From Octopus vulgaris (Eukaryota): a DNA stretch of 64,000 nt. The DNA lies in NCBI GenBank assembly GCA_951406725.2, contig OX597821.1, forward strand, positions 105,400,001-105,464,000. Reading direction: 5' to 3'. The notes beneath the pieces were generated by a model. The model had not been told where the DNA came from and made no database searches. It saw only the letters and a program-made list of their open reading frames with translations. The position numbers and the translations under genes were made by a program. How positions within the stretch are numbered: position 1 is the first letter of the stretch; each line of letters starts with the position of its first letter. Positions 28,560-42,900 of the stretch are shown here, in pieces.

Positions 28560-28995
28560 GTGTACTCTATTATACTCGAAATGCGCTTTCATTTACATCG
28601 TTGAATATTTTGCTATTATCATCACGACAAAGCACCTGCGCACAGCGCCTTACGTGTGATACAGCTTTGGACTAAAAGTACTTGTACATCAGCCCCGCCC
28701 CATTCACCTGATCTCGCTTCCGGCGAATTTAGTGTTTGTTTTTGTTGTTTTCCGAATAAAAAAAATATATCGTTACAGCAAATTGTTTTGCAGCTGTGAG
28801 ATTGGGGAAGGAAAATACGACTGAGATGTTAAAAAGCATAATTTCGCAAGAGTTCCAGGACTGAATCGGATAGTTAAAAACGACTCTGGACCGATGTATT
28901 GCTTCTGATGGGGAATACTTTGAAGGCGATAAACGAGTAAACATGTAAAACTAATTGAATAAAATAACTTCGGTTCCTTTTCAGTACCCTCTCGT
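28560..28995 (+). mobile_element. Mariner remnant, C-terminus and probable TIR
   Basis: ccattcacctgatctcgct = SPDLA; gggaatactttgaaggcgataaa = (G)EYFEGDK; end cggttccttttcagtaccctctcgt. Confidence 0.6.
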
Positions 28996-29139
28996 CCTTC
29001 GTATATATGTGTGTATATGTGTGTGTGTATGCATGTAAGTATTTAAATATATACACATATATATACTCACAAACGTATGCATATGTATGTAAATATGTAT
29101 GTGTTTATATATACATATATATATATATGCATATATATA

Positions 29140-29183
<44 letters not shown>

Positions 29184-29892
29184 TATCTATACATATAAAT
29201 TTGACATGCGCGATTCTTTCTTGTCTTCGGATTCAAAGTCAAACGTATGGGTTGAATTGCGCAAAAGATTTCACAGATGTATAGAATCATCCGGTGGTGA
29301 TGCTGGGCTTTGTATTTTTTCATACCTCTCATGGTTACCGAGATAATCTACTAAAATAATACTCCTGTGTTTATGAATGAGAAAGAAAAATGTGGTAGAG
29401 GAATAAGGAAGGAAGGAGCGATGGCGTTGTATTTTTCATAGCTCCCATGGTTACAGAGATATTCTGCAATAAAAATAATCGTTTGTTTAAGTATGAGAAA
29501 GGAAGGGGTGATAGATGAATAAGTAGAGGAGGGAGTGATTACATACTTTGTAGAGGGATGAAAAAATAAATCAAGCTGAAAAAATAAATCAAACAGCGTT
29601 TCAACTCTGTGAATATATGTGTATATGTAAAAAGGGCGTATGTGAACGTGAGTGCGTGTGTGTGTAGGTGGGTGTGTTTGCTGAGACCTTCCAGTTGCTA
29701 CAGCTATCGGCAACTTAACATTTTTATTAATTTCGTTTTTTTTCTTTTTTTGTTAATTTTTTCTTAAAATATTTTGTTTTTTAACCTTTATTTTTTGTGT
29801 TTGCTTACAAAATGGAGGTAAATATTTTGAAGATGGCCGATTTTACAGCAACATTAACTAAACTGCCCCGGTGAAACCGAGAAAAACAGCTA

Positions 29893-29929
<37 letters not shown>

Positions 29930-30720
29930 TGTATTAGTTTAACTCTCGGGAAGTGGAAAATGTGTTTAGCTTTTCGATCCTACGCTTTTCCAAAGAAAGG
30001 GACATAGAAAGAAACAGCGAGAGAAAATATAGAATGTGTAGTGGCTAGTGATCTATCATGGCGAATGCCGGACAGAGGGGTCACACAGGTGGTGTAGCGA
30101 TGGAGTGAATATGAAGTTGGGAAAAATGAAGAAATTGGTTAGGAGTGAAGAGAAGAGAGAAGTAGGGTAGGAGTTGGAACAAGAGGATAGTTGGTGGGAG
30201 GAAGTAGGTGTCAAGGGAAGAGAGGAAAGAGGAGAGCTGAGCCCAAGTGGCGCAAAGAAGCGAAGAGTGAAGAATAATACCTGTTCACGGCAAAAACGGG
30301 AGTCCGTATGTCTCCTGTGCAAGGACAATCCGAACATAGACAGGCGCTGCAAAGAGTGACCGGTGGTGCGGAAAAATTACCGGGATGTCATTGCCTAGTT
30401 GAATGTCTCGGAAGTGTTCCGCGAACCGTTTCCTCAACCGGCGTCCCGTTTGACCGAGGTATAGAGAAGGGTAGAGAGAAAGCAGGAGATGTAGTAGATG
30501 ACGTCGCTAGAAGTGCAGGTGAAGGAGTTAGTGATATGATAGGGTCGATAATGGATGCCGGTGAGGTGGGTGGTGCTGGAGATATAAGGGCAAGTGCAGC
30601 AGCGTGGGCGGGAGCAGAGGAACGAGCCGAGTGGGAGGAAAGAAATTTGACGTATGAGTGTGAATCTGTGTGTTTTTGTAGTGGATGGAGGTGGTTAGAG
30701 TTCAGTGAAGAATGTCGAGA
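29930..30720 (-). mobile_element. Truncated Penelope-like element: Cys-rich linker, GIY-YIG and 3' repeat
   Basis: Minus strand CSRPRCCTCPYI...NSFTCTSSDVIYYISC / SLYLGQTGRRLRKRFAEH / LSMFGLSLH...REQVLFFTL...PLGL; degenerate HHR-like gaaaagcgtaggatcgaaaagcta at ~29965-29990. Confidence 0.85.
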
Positions 30721-31727
30721 AAGGAGACAGGATTGTCAGAGATGTATGAATGTATGCATGTGTATGTGTGTGTAAATATATATTTATGTATAATGTATAT
30801 ATATATGTAGGTATATATGTATTTTGTATACATGCTTACATACATACATACATACATGCATACACACATGTATACGTACACAGATTCATATGCACACAAA
30901 CATATACATACTTACCCACATTGATTCATTTTTCTCTTTTTTAAATTGTAATTCAAGACATGAACTTTCTCGTACGAAAATGTTTCATTTCGTTGCTTTG
31001 ATTATGATGCCATGTGCCAGAATAAAATAGCATATGTTCTTTAGAATAAGGTTTTATTGTAGTTCCATGTCAGGCACAGGATGAATGAAATATAGGCGTA
31101 AATTTCTTGCAATTTTCAAATTACTAGTGCGAATATCGTCTTTTTTTAGAGTGCTGTTGTGTCTATGTCGGTAACTTTTATTTTCCTTGAAGATTTGGAG
31201 ACAAGTAGGTGTAACCTCTGTAGATGAACAGAGAAAAGCATCGTTAGTTTGATCAAACACGAAAACAGATTTACAGCGAGCTCACGCCCTGTAGCAGACA
31301 CGCATTCACAGATCAAACACACAACCGTGTACACGCGTATACACAGGGTTTTTATATTTTGCATGTTATATGAAAACTTACAAACTGTTTGATATTCAGT
31401 TGTGCTGTTAGTTAAATTTCTCATTTTGTTTTAGTCACGTATCTCCTGCTTGGATTTATTATTTTTATTTTCGTGTTATATACCACAGTTAAATATTTGT
31501 CACATTTTACTGAAAACCATACTCACGGGTTTAAATTCTGATGAGATTAAATACATCGAGAAGATCACAGCTTATAAGTCACGGAAAGTAATTTGTCGAG
31601 TGGGACAGAAAGGAATAGAAGTGAACACCACGCATTCTTTATAGTTAAAGAATTAAATACGACTTCTCCAACCTTTAACCGTATGCATATATAAATATGC
31701 GTGATGCAGACAAACCATACATAATTA

Positions 31728-31811
<84 letters not shown>

Positions 31812-32472
31812 TAATATTAATATTAGGGAAGTTGTTGTTACTGAGTCCACAGGTGAGAGAAGTTCAATTTAGGGGTACTCAAATGAATTAATCACTCTAT
31901 TATATACATACATACATATAGGTTTAAGCGACAGAATCCCCCTTAAGCAAGTCAATCATCATTGAATGACGTTATCCACAATAGGTACACATAAGACTAA
32001 ATATTAAAATTATCAAAATTAATACTTACAATTCTTATTCCAAATTATCAAAATGAATACATTCAATTTTTATTTCAAACCATATACGTTACTACGAAAG
32101 TTTCATGACAACATATTCCTCGATATTGCTGAAATAGAATGTCTCTAAATACAATGCCATATTAAAATGATTATATTGTCAATCTCCAGGTCTACTATAT
32201 ATGAAGTTATTTTCCTATTTACATCCTACATAAAGACATAACAAACTTAATTCATATTAACATTCTCCAGATTTATTATTATAAATAATAGAAAATAACT
32301 TTTAAGAAGATTTAAATGTCAATAATAATTATCGACCCCTCCCCCGAAAGTAGTCCTCACTGTTGCATTATAGGATTGCTGATAGTGAACATTACCAAAC
32401 AGATAAGTTAACATTTCTTTTTACTAATATTTCTTTTACCTACTTTTATTCCACAGTTTTGTTTATTATTTA

Positions 32473-32735
32473 CAAACAATTGCAGCGTGGAAGGTGTTTA
32501 TAAGCCATTTAAGAAACACACAAAAGTCGTTTAATTTGTCAAAATATTTTCGTCGCTAAAATCCGCGACCTGTTCACTGACAAAAATCCGTGCTGCATCT
32601 CTTTGTCAGTGAACAGGTCGCGGATTTTAGCGACGAAAATATTTTGACAAATTAAACTTAAATGTTGAAGTGAATCGAACGGCTTTTGTGTGTTTCTTAA
32701 ATGGCTTATAAACACCTTCCACGCTGCAATTGTTT
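32473..32735. repeat. Palindromic element, same family as 211-500
   Basis: aaacaattgcagcgtggaaggtgtttataagcc...ggcttataaacaccttccacgctgcaattgttt. Confidence 0.9.
32602..32651 (+). ncRNA. Type I hammerhead motif, G3:C8 core (exact mirror copy 32535-32584 on -)
   Basis: tttgtca-GTGAACA-g-gtcgc[ggatttta]gcgac-GAAA-atat-TT-tgacaaa: perfect 7-bp helix I, 5-bp helix II, palindromic aatatt helix III. Confidence 0.7.
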
Positions 32736-32885
32736 TCGTTTCAGCACACGATCTCAGATCAAATTACTTGCTATGCGAGTACATCTCCGTAATAAAATAA
32801 AATTATTCCAACAATTTCCAGTTATATAATTTTAGTTTGTCATGTTTTTATTCAGGATGGAAATAGAAAAGTAAGTCCATATAAG

Positions 32886-32990
32886 CTAGACCTGAAGATT
32901 GGCAATATAATCATTTTAATATGGTATTGTAATTAGTGACATTCTATATCAGCAATATCGAGGAATATGTTTTCATTAAACGCGCGTAGT
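32886..32990 (+). ncRNA. Degenerate hammerhead with very long helix II
   Basis: ctagac-CTGAAGA-t-tggcaatat...atgttttca-t-TAAA-cgcgcg-TA-gt; the opposite arm keeps atgttgtcat-GAAA. Confidence 0.45.
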
Positions 32991-33191
32991 AAAGTATATG
33001 ATGTGAAATTAAGAATTGAAGGTAATAATTTTGATGATTTGGAATAAGAATTGTAAGAAAGAAATACGAAGAATATACAGAGGGAATAATAAATCTTGGT
33101 GCTAGCAGTCAATCATATATGCATATATATGTGTATGTGCGTGTATGTGAGTGTATGTATATATATATATATGTATGTATATATATTCTTC

Positions 33192-33267
<76 letters not shown>

Positions 33268-33268
33268 C

Positions 33269-33299
<31 letters not shown>

Positions 33300-33320
33300 C
33301 ATATATACATATATATATAC

Positions 33321-33382
<62 letters not shown>

Positions 33383-34299
33383 CCCGTTCTGTATGTCTAT
33401 TCCTTCGCTTATAACTCGTTTATTATTCATACATGGATACATAAGAGCCTGCAATACGCATTTCGGAGATAAAACAGCGCTAAGCCTGTCGTATAGGTGT
33501 CAAGATGATGTATGATTGAGTGCAAAAAGTTTAAGGTTATATATAATGTCCGATTCCATTTGAAATTGTCTATATTTTGTGAGGATTCGTTATCAATCAA
33601 TTATGTTAATTGAGAAGAAACAGGCAAACGTAACCACAACATACAATCACAAATCATCGCCACTACGTGACACCCTTCAATTTAACCTTCTTCACCTTTA
33701 CAGCTGACATAAAAAACTACGAGAAAAGGCAACCATTTTAATTCAGCAAAAAAGAAAAAAAGTAAAAAATTGATTGCTCTTAAAACTGTTAAAATATTGG
33801 GGTTAATAAACTCAATTTCTCGTTACATTTTCTTATTCAAACTACATAATAGGCAGAATTGTCGGATTCTTTGTAATACATACTCCATAAGCTTTTACAG
33901 CTGTATAAAAATTAATCAACCAATGTTCGGTATCCATTCATTAAACAGGCTGAACATATCAACATTATTAAGATCAGTTTATTTTTATATCAATTCTATC
34001 AATTCTATACAATAATTTTACTGCTTCTACATTGCTGGCTTGTTTCGTTTCAAGTTTTTTTTCATTTTGAGTTATGTCGTGGAACCACCCTTAACTTTCA
34101 TTAGTCCGCTTGGCAAGTTCACATTGCACTGCCGAATAAGTAAAATAAGAAATGGTTCATTCATCAAAAGATCGCTTTCGCCCTAACCAAAAGTAACAAC
34201 CCCATACAATCATCAACCTATCACCGTCCCAGTTAGCCCTCTTCACCTATACAAACCGTTCAAAGAATGGGGGTATTTTCTAATATATATATATATTCT

Positions 34300-34950
34300 T
34301 TCGTAATAAGATAAAAGCAAGGGTGTGTAGATTTTAGAACCTTTAAAGACAGGTCTTACAGCTGTTTGCAGGATATTTATTATATCCCTTCAACGGAGAC
34401 GGTATGAGAGAATGGTTAAGAAATAGTTAATTTAGATAAGATATAAAATAGAGAGTGAGGTGGAGGAAATAAAAGAAAATTGATGTGATATATGTAGGGT
34501 TATTCCATTTGTAGGTTCATTTTTCTAGGCAGAATGGTATACATATAATATTCCAATATCTTATGAGTAAGATTCAATAGAATTTAAAATTGGTCATTCC
34601 AAGTGTAGAACTTATACACCTTGTTATTGAATCCAGAGTTGCGTTTAAAGTGACCTAAACATAGGGACTATATTAGTAGCGTCAAATCGGAAACGAAGAG
34701 AGGAACGGAGAAAGAGAAAAAGAGAGAATAAGGAGAAGAAATTAAGAAGAAAAATAATAAAATAACAAAATAATACATAAAAATATAAACAAAAAACAGG
34801 AAGAGAGGAATAAATGAAAGCAGGAAAAAAGAAAAAGGTAAACAAAGATATAGATATCGGAAAATGTACTATTTTGTGGTCAGTGGAGATTATTTGAAAG
34901 TAGGAGTGGGGAGATAAAGGGGTGGGGTCTCAATATCACCATTACGTCTC
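34300..34950 (-). mobile_element. Degenerate PLE 3' tail with decayed hammerhead (34353-34400)
   Basis: Minus strand gtct-ccgttgaag-ggatat[aataa]atatcc-tgcaaa-cagctg-TA-agac; TA-flanked. Confidence 0.45.
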
Positions 34951-34962
34951 ATAACCTATGAG

Positions 34963-35026
<64 letters not shown>

Positions 35027-36324
35027 CTTATGCATACCTAATTATCTATATATATATGTATATATGTGTGTGTGTGTGTGCGCGTGGTGTATGTATGTAG
35101 AAAATATATGTACGTATCCTCATACTTGATTGCTCCCCAATTGTAAGCCTTCAATAAAATAATATATTAAATTTACTTTCACAGAAAACTATGAATTTAA
35201 AAGTTTTATTCTATTTGAGCATACGCTGTAGTTCTTTCTAATAAATAATCTTATCCCTAAAAATATAGGCGTACGCAAGTATATTTGCCTGTATATGTAC
35301 ATGTACGTATGGATGGTATGACGGATGAAATTAAGCTACTATGCATATATAAATACTGATTTTGAAACGATGTCTTTTTAATCAATGAACCTCTTCGAAG
35401 GCATTGTATCACTCTTTGGAGACTACATATTTTAATGTGCCGTCTACATCATGATTAAAAGATAATATAATGATAGCCGATATTTTATCTATTATATTTA
35501 TCTCACTTTCTATTTTACCTGTGTCAAAAGATTCATTTAATCTATTGAATATTCTATTATGCAAGGCTAGACATAAATATTGTATATATGAATCTTAAAA
35601 TATATTTTAAAATGATATCATCTTACTTTTTCATCTAGGGAAAAATTAATATTTGACATTGAAATTAGACTCAGCACCAAAAAGCGTTCATAAAATTTTC
35701 TTACTAAACTTATAAAAAAGTTTCTGCTTTGTTTCTCGAAGCTGTTTCGTAGATTCATGATAGGACAAATATATAAGCTTAAATAATTTGCTTTCGGTTT
35801 AGACAATGCACCTGATGGTTTTCCTATGAAAGGCTTCTCTGTCTAAAATATTCCTTGGCTTCAAATTGCAACAAATTTCCAGCTACATTGTAAAATGCAA
35901 TGTATAGGTATATATACCCTATTCACAAACGAAATAATCGCAATGGCTAGGTTACGTATCTATTCATGTATATGTATATGTGAATTCGGGAGCATATACC
36001 TAAAAAATGTATTCTTAGAAATTGTAAGAGATGGCGTATTGGCAGTTCGCTATTTCTGGCCACGATTTGAGCATGACAACCTATATATTACGTTTAGTGT
36101 TCAGTAAAGCAAGAATTGAAAATGAAACACAGAAGCTATTCCATACGAATCTATTTAATAAGATGGATATGAAAGAAGTAACTTTAAATTTAGGGATTTA
36201 GCAAGAAATATTGCAAATATTATGGATGGGCTTCTATTAAATTTCATATGTGTATATATATATACACACGCAGACACACTGAGCTATGTATATGTATATA
36301 TATATATATATATATATAATATAC

Positions 36325-36424
<100 letters not shown>

Positions 36425-38385
36425 ACATGTATGTATGTATGTATGTATGTATGTATATATGTATGTATAGTGGAGGGAACTGAAAGTTTTCAATATAAAA
36501 TAGCATTTTAACTTTCAGCAATGATGAAAGTTGATATCTTATTTAATTACATTTGAAGTTTCATAAATATATGATTTATCGATTTTTCAGATAGCTGAAC
36601 GTTCTATAGTGGGTGAAAACATCTGATATTGGTGAAAATGCTGAGATAAATGTAAAAGATAAAACTCTCTATGTCATTCAGTTATCGCTACTATCAAAAT
36701 CTAGACGACGCTGTAAAATAGTCTACAGAAGTGTGATTTAACCTTGTTTATTGCCCTGGAAAACTTATATAAATTCATGGGGAGATTATGAAGCTTTCAA
36801 TATATAAATATGTTTAATATATTAGTATGTTTAACAAAGTTGTGTTTTAAAATAGTGTTACCAAGGTGGTTGGCAGTGACGAGGAACTTTCATGTGTATG
36901 AAAGGCTATTAACAAGACTAATAATTATTGAATTATGAATGCGTGTTCCTGCAGAAGTTACTGCAAATCAGTAGCTGGTTGAAACTTTAGGTGTTGCCGA
37001 GTTTAAAGTAACAAAATCTAGCCTCTTTATCATGCTATAACGTTAGTGTGTTTACGGGAAAGAAATGGAACGTGAGAATTGGTGTTGAGATAGCAGAAAA
37101 AACTTAGGAAATTTATGTTGTGGTAGCGTAGAATTTATGGAAGAGAAGATGATTTACACAGATCCCATGATCTCTCTGCCAGAAGAACAAAGTCAGTAGA
37201 GACATTGAAATTAAAGCAAATCGACACACTGGGAAGGAGGGGCAATGATTGAAGAAAATTGGGCGACAATGTAAATGTGCATGAAGAGCATGAATAAAAT
37301 TTGAAACTGCCATTAATCATGTGACGGAAAACGTATCGGGCATGTATGAATTTCAAATTATAGGTTTCTATCCTTCTCCCTTCAACAGTTATTATGCATA
37401 ATTTGGTCGGTATCTAGCACCAAATAACCCTACTAGTAAAGGAGCTTAAGTTGGAGATCCACACACTTCTGTCTTTTAATGGGTCTTAGCATATGTGCAT
37501 CGCAGCTAATTGTAGAAAGAACCAAATATATGGTCTTGAGCAAATCAGAAGAGGCAGCAGTGATCGTACGGAAAGGAATGATGTGAAATTGAGTGACGCA
37601 AGCTAATTGTGAGTACTTTTATTGATGCAGTGATACAATAACTCAGTAGCGTTAAACCAATAGAAATCAGTTCAAATTGACAATCAGTTGTTTAACACAA
37701 GGTCCGTATGGAACAGAAGCAGAAGTGGGTAAACAAGTGAAAACCGACAGATTAATGGATAACGCTAATATATATCTGTAAATGGATTTGAAAAATGTTT
37801 TCATATCTCCAATCCGTAACTAAAGATGGATCGCACTTAATTTATGCCGTGGTCTGTTATAACAAGAAAATATATGAGTTTTGAATTAATGTTATCTTCC
37901 GAGGAAAGATATGCTGGATTGGGAACATGAGCAGCTAATTAAAAGATAAATAATTTATGAGGGATATATGGGATAGTTCGCAGGAAAAGAAGGCAACGTA
38001 TTTTATGTTGAGTAGAATTAAGGAAATTGTTGAAACATACAGAGGAAAAAAACAAAGAAAACGTTCATGAGGTGAATTGGAAAGGAGGGGTTGGTTGAAA
38101 CTACATCGACAAGAATGTGGCACGAAAGAAAATTAGAGAGCAAATATATATGTAAATATATAATCTAACCTTCATCGGTATGTGCAACAAGCAGTCTTTT
38201 TTTTAATCTCGAGAGGGATTGAGCTGCAACTATTTAGAACCGTAACTCGTGTTTGGAAAAAAAAAGAAGAAAGAAAAAGACAGTGCGATATGGATTAGGT
38301 CACACAGAAAGGCATGCTCTCTGGTAGCATCTGTCTTGGTATCTATAGAAAAGAGATAGATACATAGATAGATGGATAAATAAGT

Positions 38386-38503
38386 AAAATACAGTGTGCA
38401 TTTAAACACATTAAGAGGTTTCCATCAAAGGAATCCCTTACGCTAGCGTAAGGGATACCTATGATGGAAACCTAATAATGTGTTTAAATGTACATTGTAT
38501 TTT
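38386..38503. repeat. ~118-bp imperfect palindrome
   Basis: Centre atcccttacgctagcgtaagggat; arms catttaaacacatta / taatgtgtttaaatg. Confidence 0.9.
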
Positions 38504-38601
38504 ATATGAATAATATATAGTCTATTGACTGAGTTTTCTATACCTTAGGCCAATGGTAGTAAACATTTCTAAAATATTTATTACCTTGATATTATTAATT
38601 T

Positions 38602-38686
<85 letters not shown>

Positions 38687-40239
38687 GTTCTTAATACATG
38701 CTTGTGTTTGTTTGTTGGAATGGTATTTCTTTCACACCTGTAGTATTTCGCTTCATTCCTCGACGTACGAATTTGTTTTCTCCTCTTAACAAATATAAAT
38801 AAATCTATTTTTACCAAGATAGATAAAATTACTACCTTAACAGATATTGGTCTTCTACTCCATTATAAATAAATGGAATAGTTTTCCTTCACCACAGTTA
38901 GGAACCCAATAAGCCGTCATCCACTAATATATTCTGTCTTTACCAATAATAAATTAATTTCTTTCCTCTCGATTATTTGACCTTCTTTCGTTTAATGCTC
39001 TTCCTCCTGATTTGTCCATCAAGAGATATACGAAAATCGTATTTCCTTATTTTATTGTATGTTCGTAAGTCTTTAAAAAAATGATAAATATATGCGTTTT
39101 CCGATCAAATAAGCGCCTTTCTTGATGTTACGCTTCTACCTTTCATGTTGCTTTCTCGATGTGACTCGAAATCTTCCTTTCGTGCAGCTAATGAAATAAA
39201 TAGATTTCCTTAATAAGTAAACTGATGAACGCCAACAACTCCGCTTTTAATAAAGAGAAACCTAAAAACAATGAATTTTTAAAATCTGAAACGTATTTTT
39301 TTCTCAAAGGCATGGTGAGGGAAGGATGCTTCAAATTCTAATCCGTGATTGAGTCGGAACTAAAATGCCATGAGCTACCATTTAACGGATGATTAGCCGA
39401 AAAAAAATCAAGAAATATGCTAAGATTTATTCCTTCAATAAGCCATACATGCATCTATTAGACCAGTGCTCTGCATCCTTTTTCCACTTGCAGTACACTT
39501 ATATTCTTTTCATAATTGGGCTACATACTTGAACAAAAAATATACCCCCAAAAAAATATAGGGAAAAAATTATATTAAGATTACACTGCAGCACACCTAA
39601 CCATCTCGTGACTCACTAGTGTGCCATAGCGTACCGGTTGCAGAGCACTGTATTAGACAATATTATAACAAATCAAGTAATATCAAAGAAGTAAAGAAGA
39701 AGAATGGAGCCAACGTAAAATTATGGTTTCATAGATTTTATAAGTTCCATACATATCGGAATGGAAAATCTAACCTGTTCGTACCCATGGAAATTATGGG
39801 CAAACAAAATGCTTTTCAATATCACCCGACGTCAAAATTTATAGCAAATCTAAGAATAGGAAAAATGGCCAAATGAGAATTATATCAGAATCGCGCAGGA
39901 GAATCTTAAACATGCAATACAAAATACGTGGGATGGATAAAAGCAATAGCACGGAAAATGAAAAGGTAATTTTAAAAGCAATTGAAACATACAGGGCCAA
40001 GCACCAGATAAGTTGGTAGTTCACAAGTAAAAGGTATCTTCAACGAATTACATAAAATATTAGAATATTTAAAATTATATAGAATATATAGAATTATTAA
40101 CGTTGATTTCAATATTGCGTGCCTTAATATTTCACTTAATACTAGGGTGATTAAAAATCGCGCAAGTTTCATCTTATTTATAAAACTCCATATTATAGCC
40201 AACAAAAAGAAGATATGGCAACACGTTGAATGAACATAG

Positions 40240-40702
40240 TGGATGTGTGGCAAGTAGCTTTCTTATGAACCACATGGTGCCGGAGTCAAACCCACTGCGT
40301 GACACGTTAGGCAAGTGTCTTCTATTATAGCATCGGGCCGACCAAAGCCTTCTGAGTGGATTTGGTAGACGGAAACTGAAAGAAGACCATCGTATATATG
40401 TATGTATGTATGTATGTACGTATGTATGTATGTATGTATGTATGTATGTATGTATATATATATGTGTGTGTGTGTGTTTGTGTGTATGTATGTATGTATG
40501 TATGTACATGTTTGTGTGTCTGTGTTTGTCTACCCAAACATCACTTGATAACAGATGCTGGTGTGTTTATGTCCCCGTATCTTAGCGGTTCGGCAAGAGA
40601 AACGGATAGAATAAGTACTAGGCTTACTAAGAATAAGTCCTGGGGTCGATTTGCTCGACTAAAGGCGGTGCTCCAGCATGGGCACAGTCAACGTGAGACT
40701 GA
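40240..40702 (+). mobile_element. SINE family B, full length, with internal (TATG)n
   Basis: Colinear with 50393-50790. Confidence 0.9.
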
Positions 40703-41020
40703 ATATTGAATGTTTAAAGGAGTATTTCCCCGAACAGAGCAAGTGTGAGAAGTAGAAGCTATAATAGTAGTTATTGTTATGATAGTAACCAAGAGAGTGG
40801 CAGTTGTTTTAGTCGTGGTGGTGGTAGGAGCTGTGATAGTAGTAGTAGTTTCAAATATAATTACTGGGGTTCGATTAGAAGAAAAACATATTGAAATCGT
40901 TGTGTTTTAAATGTATTAAGAATGTATAAACAAGGTTTTACAAGAGAAATATTATATAACTCTAAGAGACCATTTCACGAACCGTCTTAGGGATATTTAT
41001 ATAAACATTTGTTGAGGCGG

Positions 41021-41520
41021 GCGGAATTCACATTTAAACACCCCATATAACCCTTAAAAGTTTTATGTTTTGGAATTTTCAGGAAAGTTCGAGAATTTAT
41101 GTTTTACACACAAGAATTTATACAGTTATGCAATTTTTTCTGAGTGATCTGATGGTTATTTAGCTGTTACTTTTAGAACATCTCACGACCACCTGATACC
41201 TTTTTCGTTTCTTTGTCGCTTTGACACGAAATAACATTTTTCAATATTTTTCTCTCCATAGACATATTTAATGGAAAGAGGAGGCGACCAAGGGTAGCCC
41301 ATTGAAGTTTGACAGTTTGTAAAAAATTATGACAGTCCGTAAAAAGAGTGGAACTTTTGGGGTTTATGGGCTGAGGTTTTTAAATTTTAAAAGCAATAAT
41401 AATTTTACATAATCGTATCAAATCCTGTGAGTAGATCTAAATTTTGCCAAAATTCTCTCAAAATTCAAAAACATTTTAAAGTTTGAGGGGTTATATGGGA
41501 TGTTCAAACTTGAGTTCCGG
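41021..41520. mobile_element. MITE-like element with ~60-bp imperfect terminal inverted repeats
   Basis: cggaattcacatttaaacaccccatataacccttaaaa vs gtttgaggggttatatgggatgttcaaacttgagttccgg. Confidence 0.65.
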
Positions 41521-42900
41521 CCTCGGTGAGTTACCGCCAGTTGATATTTTAATTGTGTTTGAATTTTTTTATAGTTCTTGTTTGAATATCATATGAAGAT
41601 TACTATTTTCAAAGAAAACTTTGATCATAATTAATATTGAATTTCAATTAACAACTATAAGTTTTTACACCCTTTTAGACTACAAACGCGTGTGCGAGCT
41701 GCGAGAAAGAATATTAAAACATTTAAATCTATAACTACTATCTTCCTTTTTAATGTTTGGTTTCACAGCTAACTAGTATTCAAATTTCACTAGACTTCAA
41801 GAAAATGTTTACCATATAATGTTCGTGTCTAAAATATTACATTGTATTGATTAATAATAGAAAAGAATAGGGTAACATTATGTTATATTTATAAGAAGGT
41901 ATGAACGGCTGCTGCTAACAATTCTGATCGATAAGTCGTGTGAATGGTTTAAATGTAATACTAAAAAACAAAGAAAAAAGCTTTATAGCTTTAATTTAAT
42001 TTGTCTTTAGCAACACGTATTTGAAAAAGATTCGAGTAAAATAACAGACATTTTTTAAAAGTGAATTTGCCAAAACTGGATGATGTGAGTAAATTTCTGC
42101 AATTTATTTTTTCTGTTCTATTTTAACACAAGTCAAATTGTGTTATTAGACGCGCTGTGTATTATATCAAATTTCACACGTTAAATGTAAATATTGAAAG
42201 AGTCGTTTATATATTTTTAGAAGTTTAACACAGAAGGAAAACAACAACAATAAAGAGAAAAAGACACTAATAATTTTGAATGATGTGCTTAATAATGTTG
42301 TACTCCTATGTTTGAAATTGTCTCACAATTATCAAGTTAAATTTTCTTTTTCAATTCTTGAAGAATTTTAGACGTGACTAATTTCATATGTTCAAACGTT
42401 AGACCTTTTAAACAAGTTATTTTCGGTGTGGTTGGTTATATGTGGAGACATACCTCTATAGTTGAAATGCTGTGTACATAACAAAGGGATTTGGTAACAC
42501 GTGCAAGTATTTTCCTCGTAAGTCCCCGGGGTGATAATCCCTTCTGTTTGGAACTCGGAAATAGAACCTGCGCAAAAGACATGAATTATATACATACATT
42601 CATACCACATTCGAATATAAATATAAATATGTAACTACAAAATGTAACTACACGTGGATTGTTGGCGATGGTTTTCCACTTTTTCTCTTTTTCTTTGGAC
42701 ATTCCTGTGTTTCCTGTTTCCGAAAAAGAGCTCTGCTCGAAACATAAATCAACTACTCTTTTCTTTCTCCGAGCGTCTTCTCAATATTTTGCATGTGCTA
42801 CGTACGCACGTTGTTCTGATTTTTTTGTCTTCTCGCTTTTTTAATTAATTACACACACACACATACACATGCATATATATATATATGTATATATATTTTA

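Larger units (their letters stand above)
32025..33057. repeat. ~200-bp inverted arms (32025-32227 and 32854-33057) enclosing a second palindromic element
   Basis: cttacaattcttattccaaa...atattcctcgatattgctga vs tcagcaatatcgaggaatat...tttggaataagaattgtaag. Confidence 0.85.

Noticed and set aside
31210-31310. miR-10-like words (aacctctgtagat, ccctgtag)
   Set aside because: No exact mature miRNA match and no supporting precursor hairpin
31538-31572. CTGATGA-gat...atc-GAGA motif
   Set aside because: GAAA is mutated and there is no helix I partner
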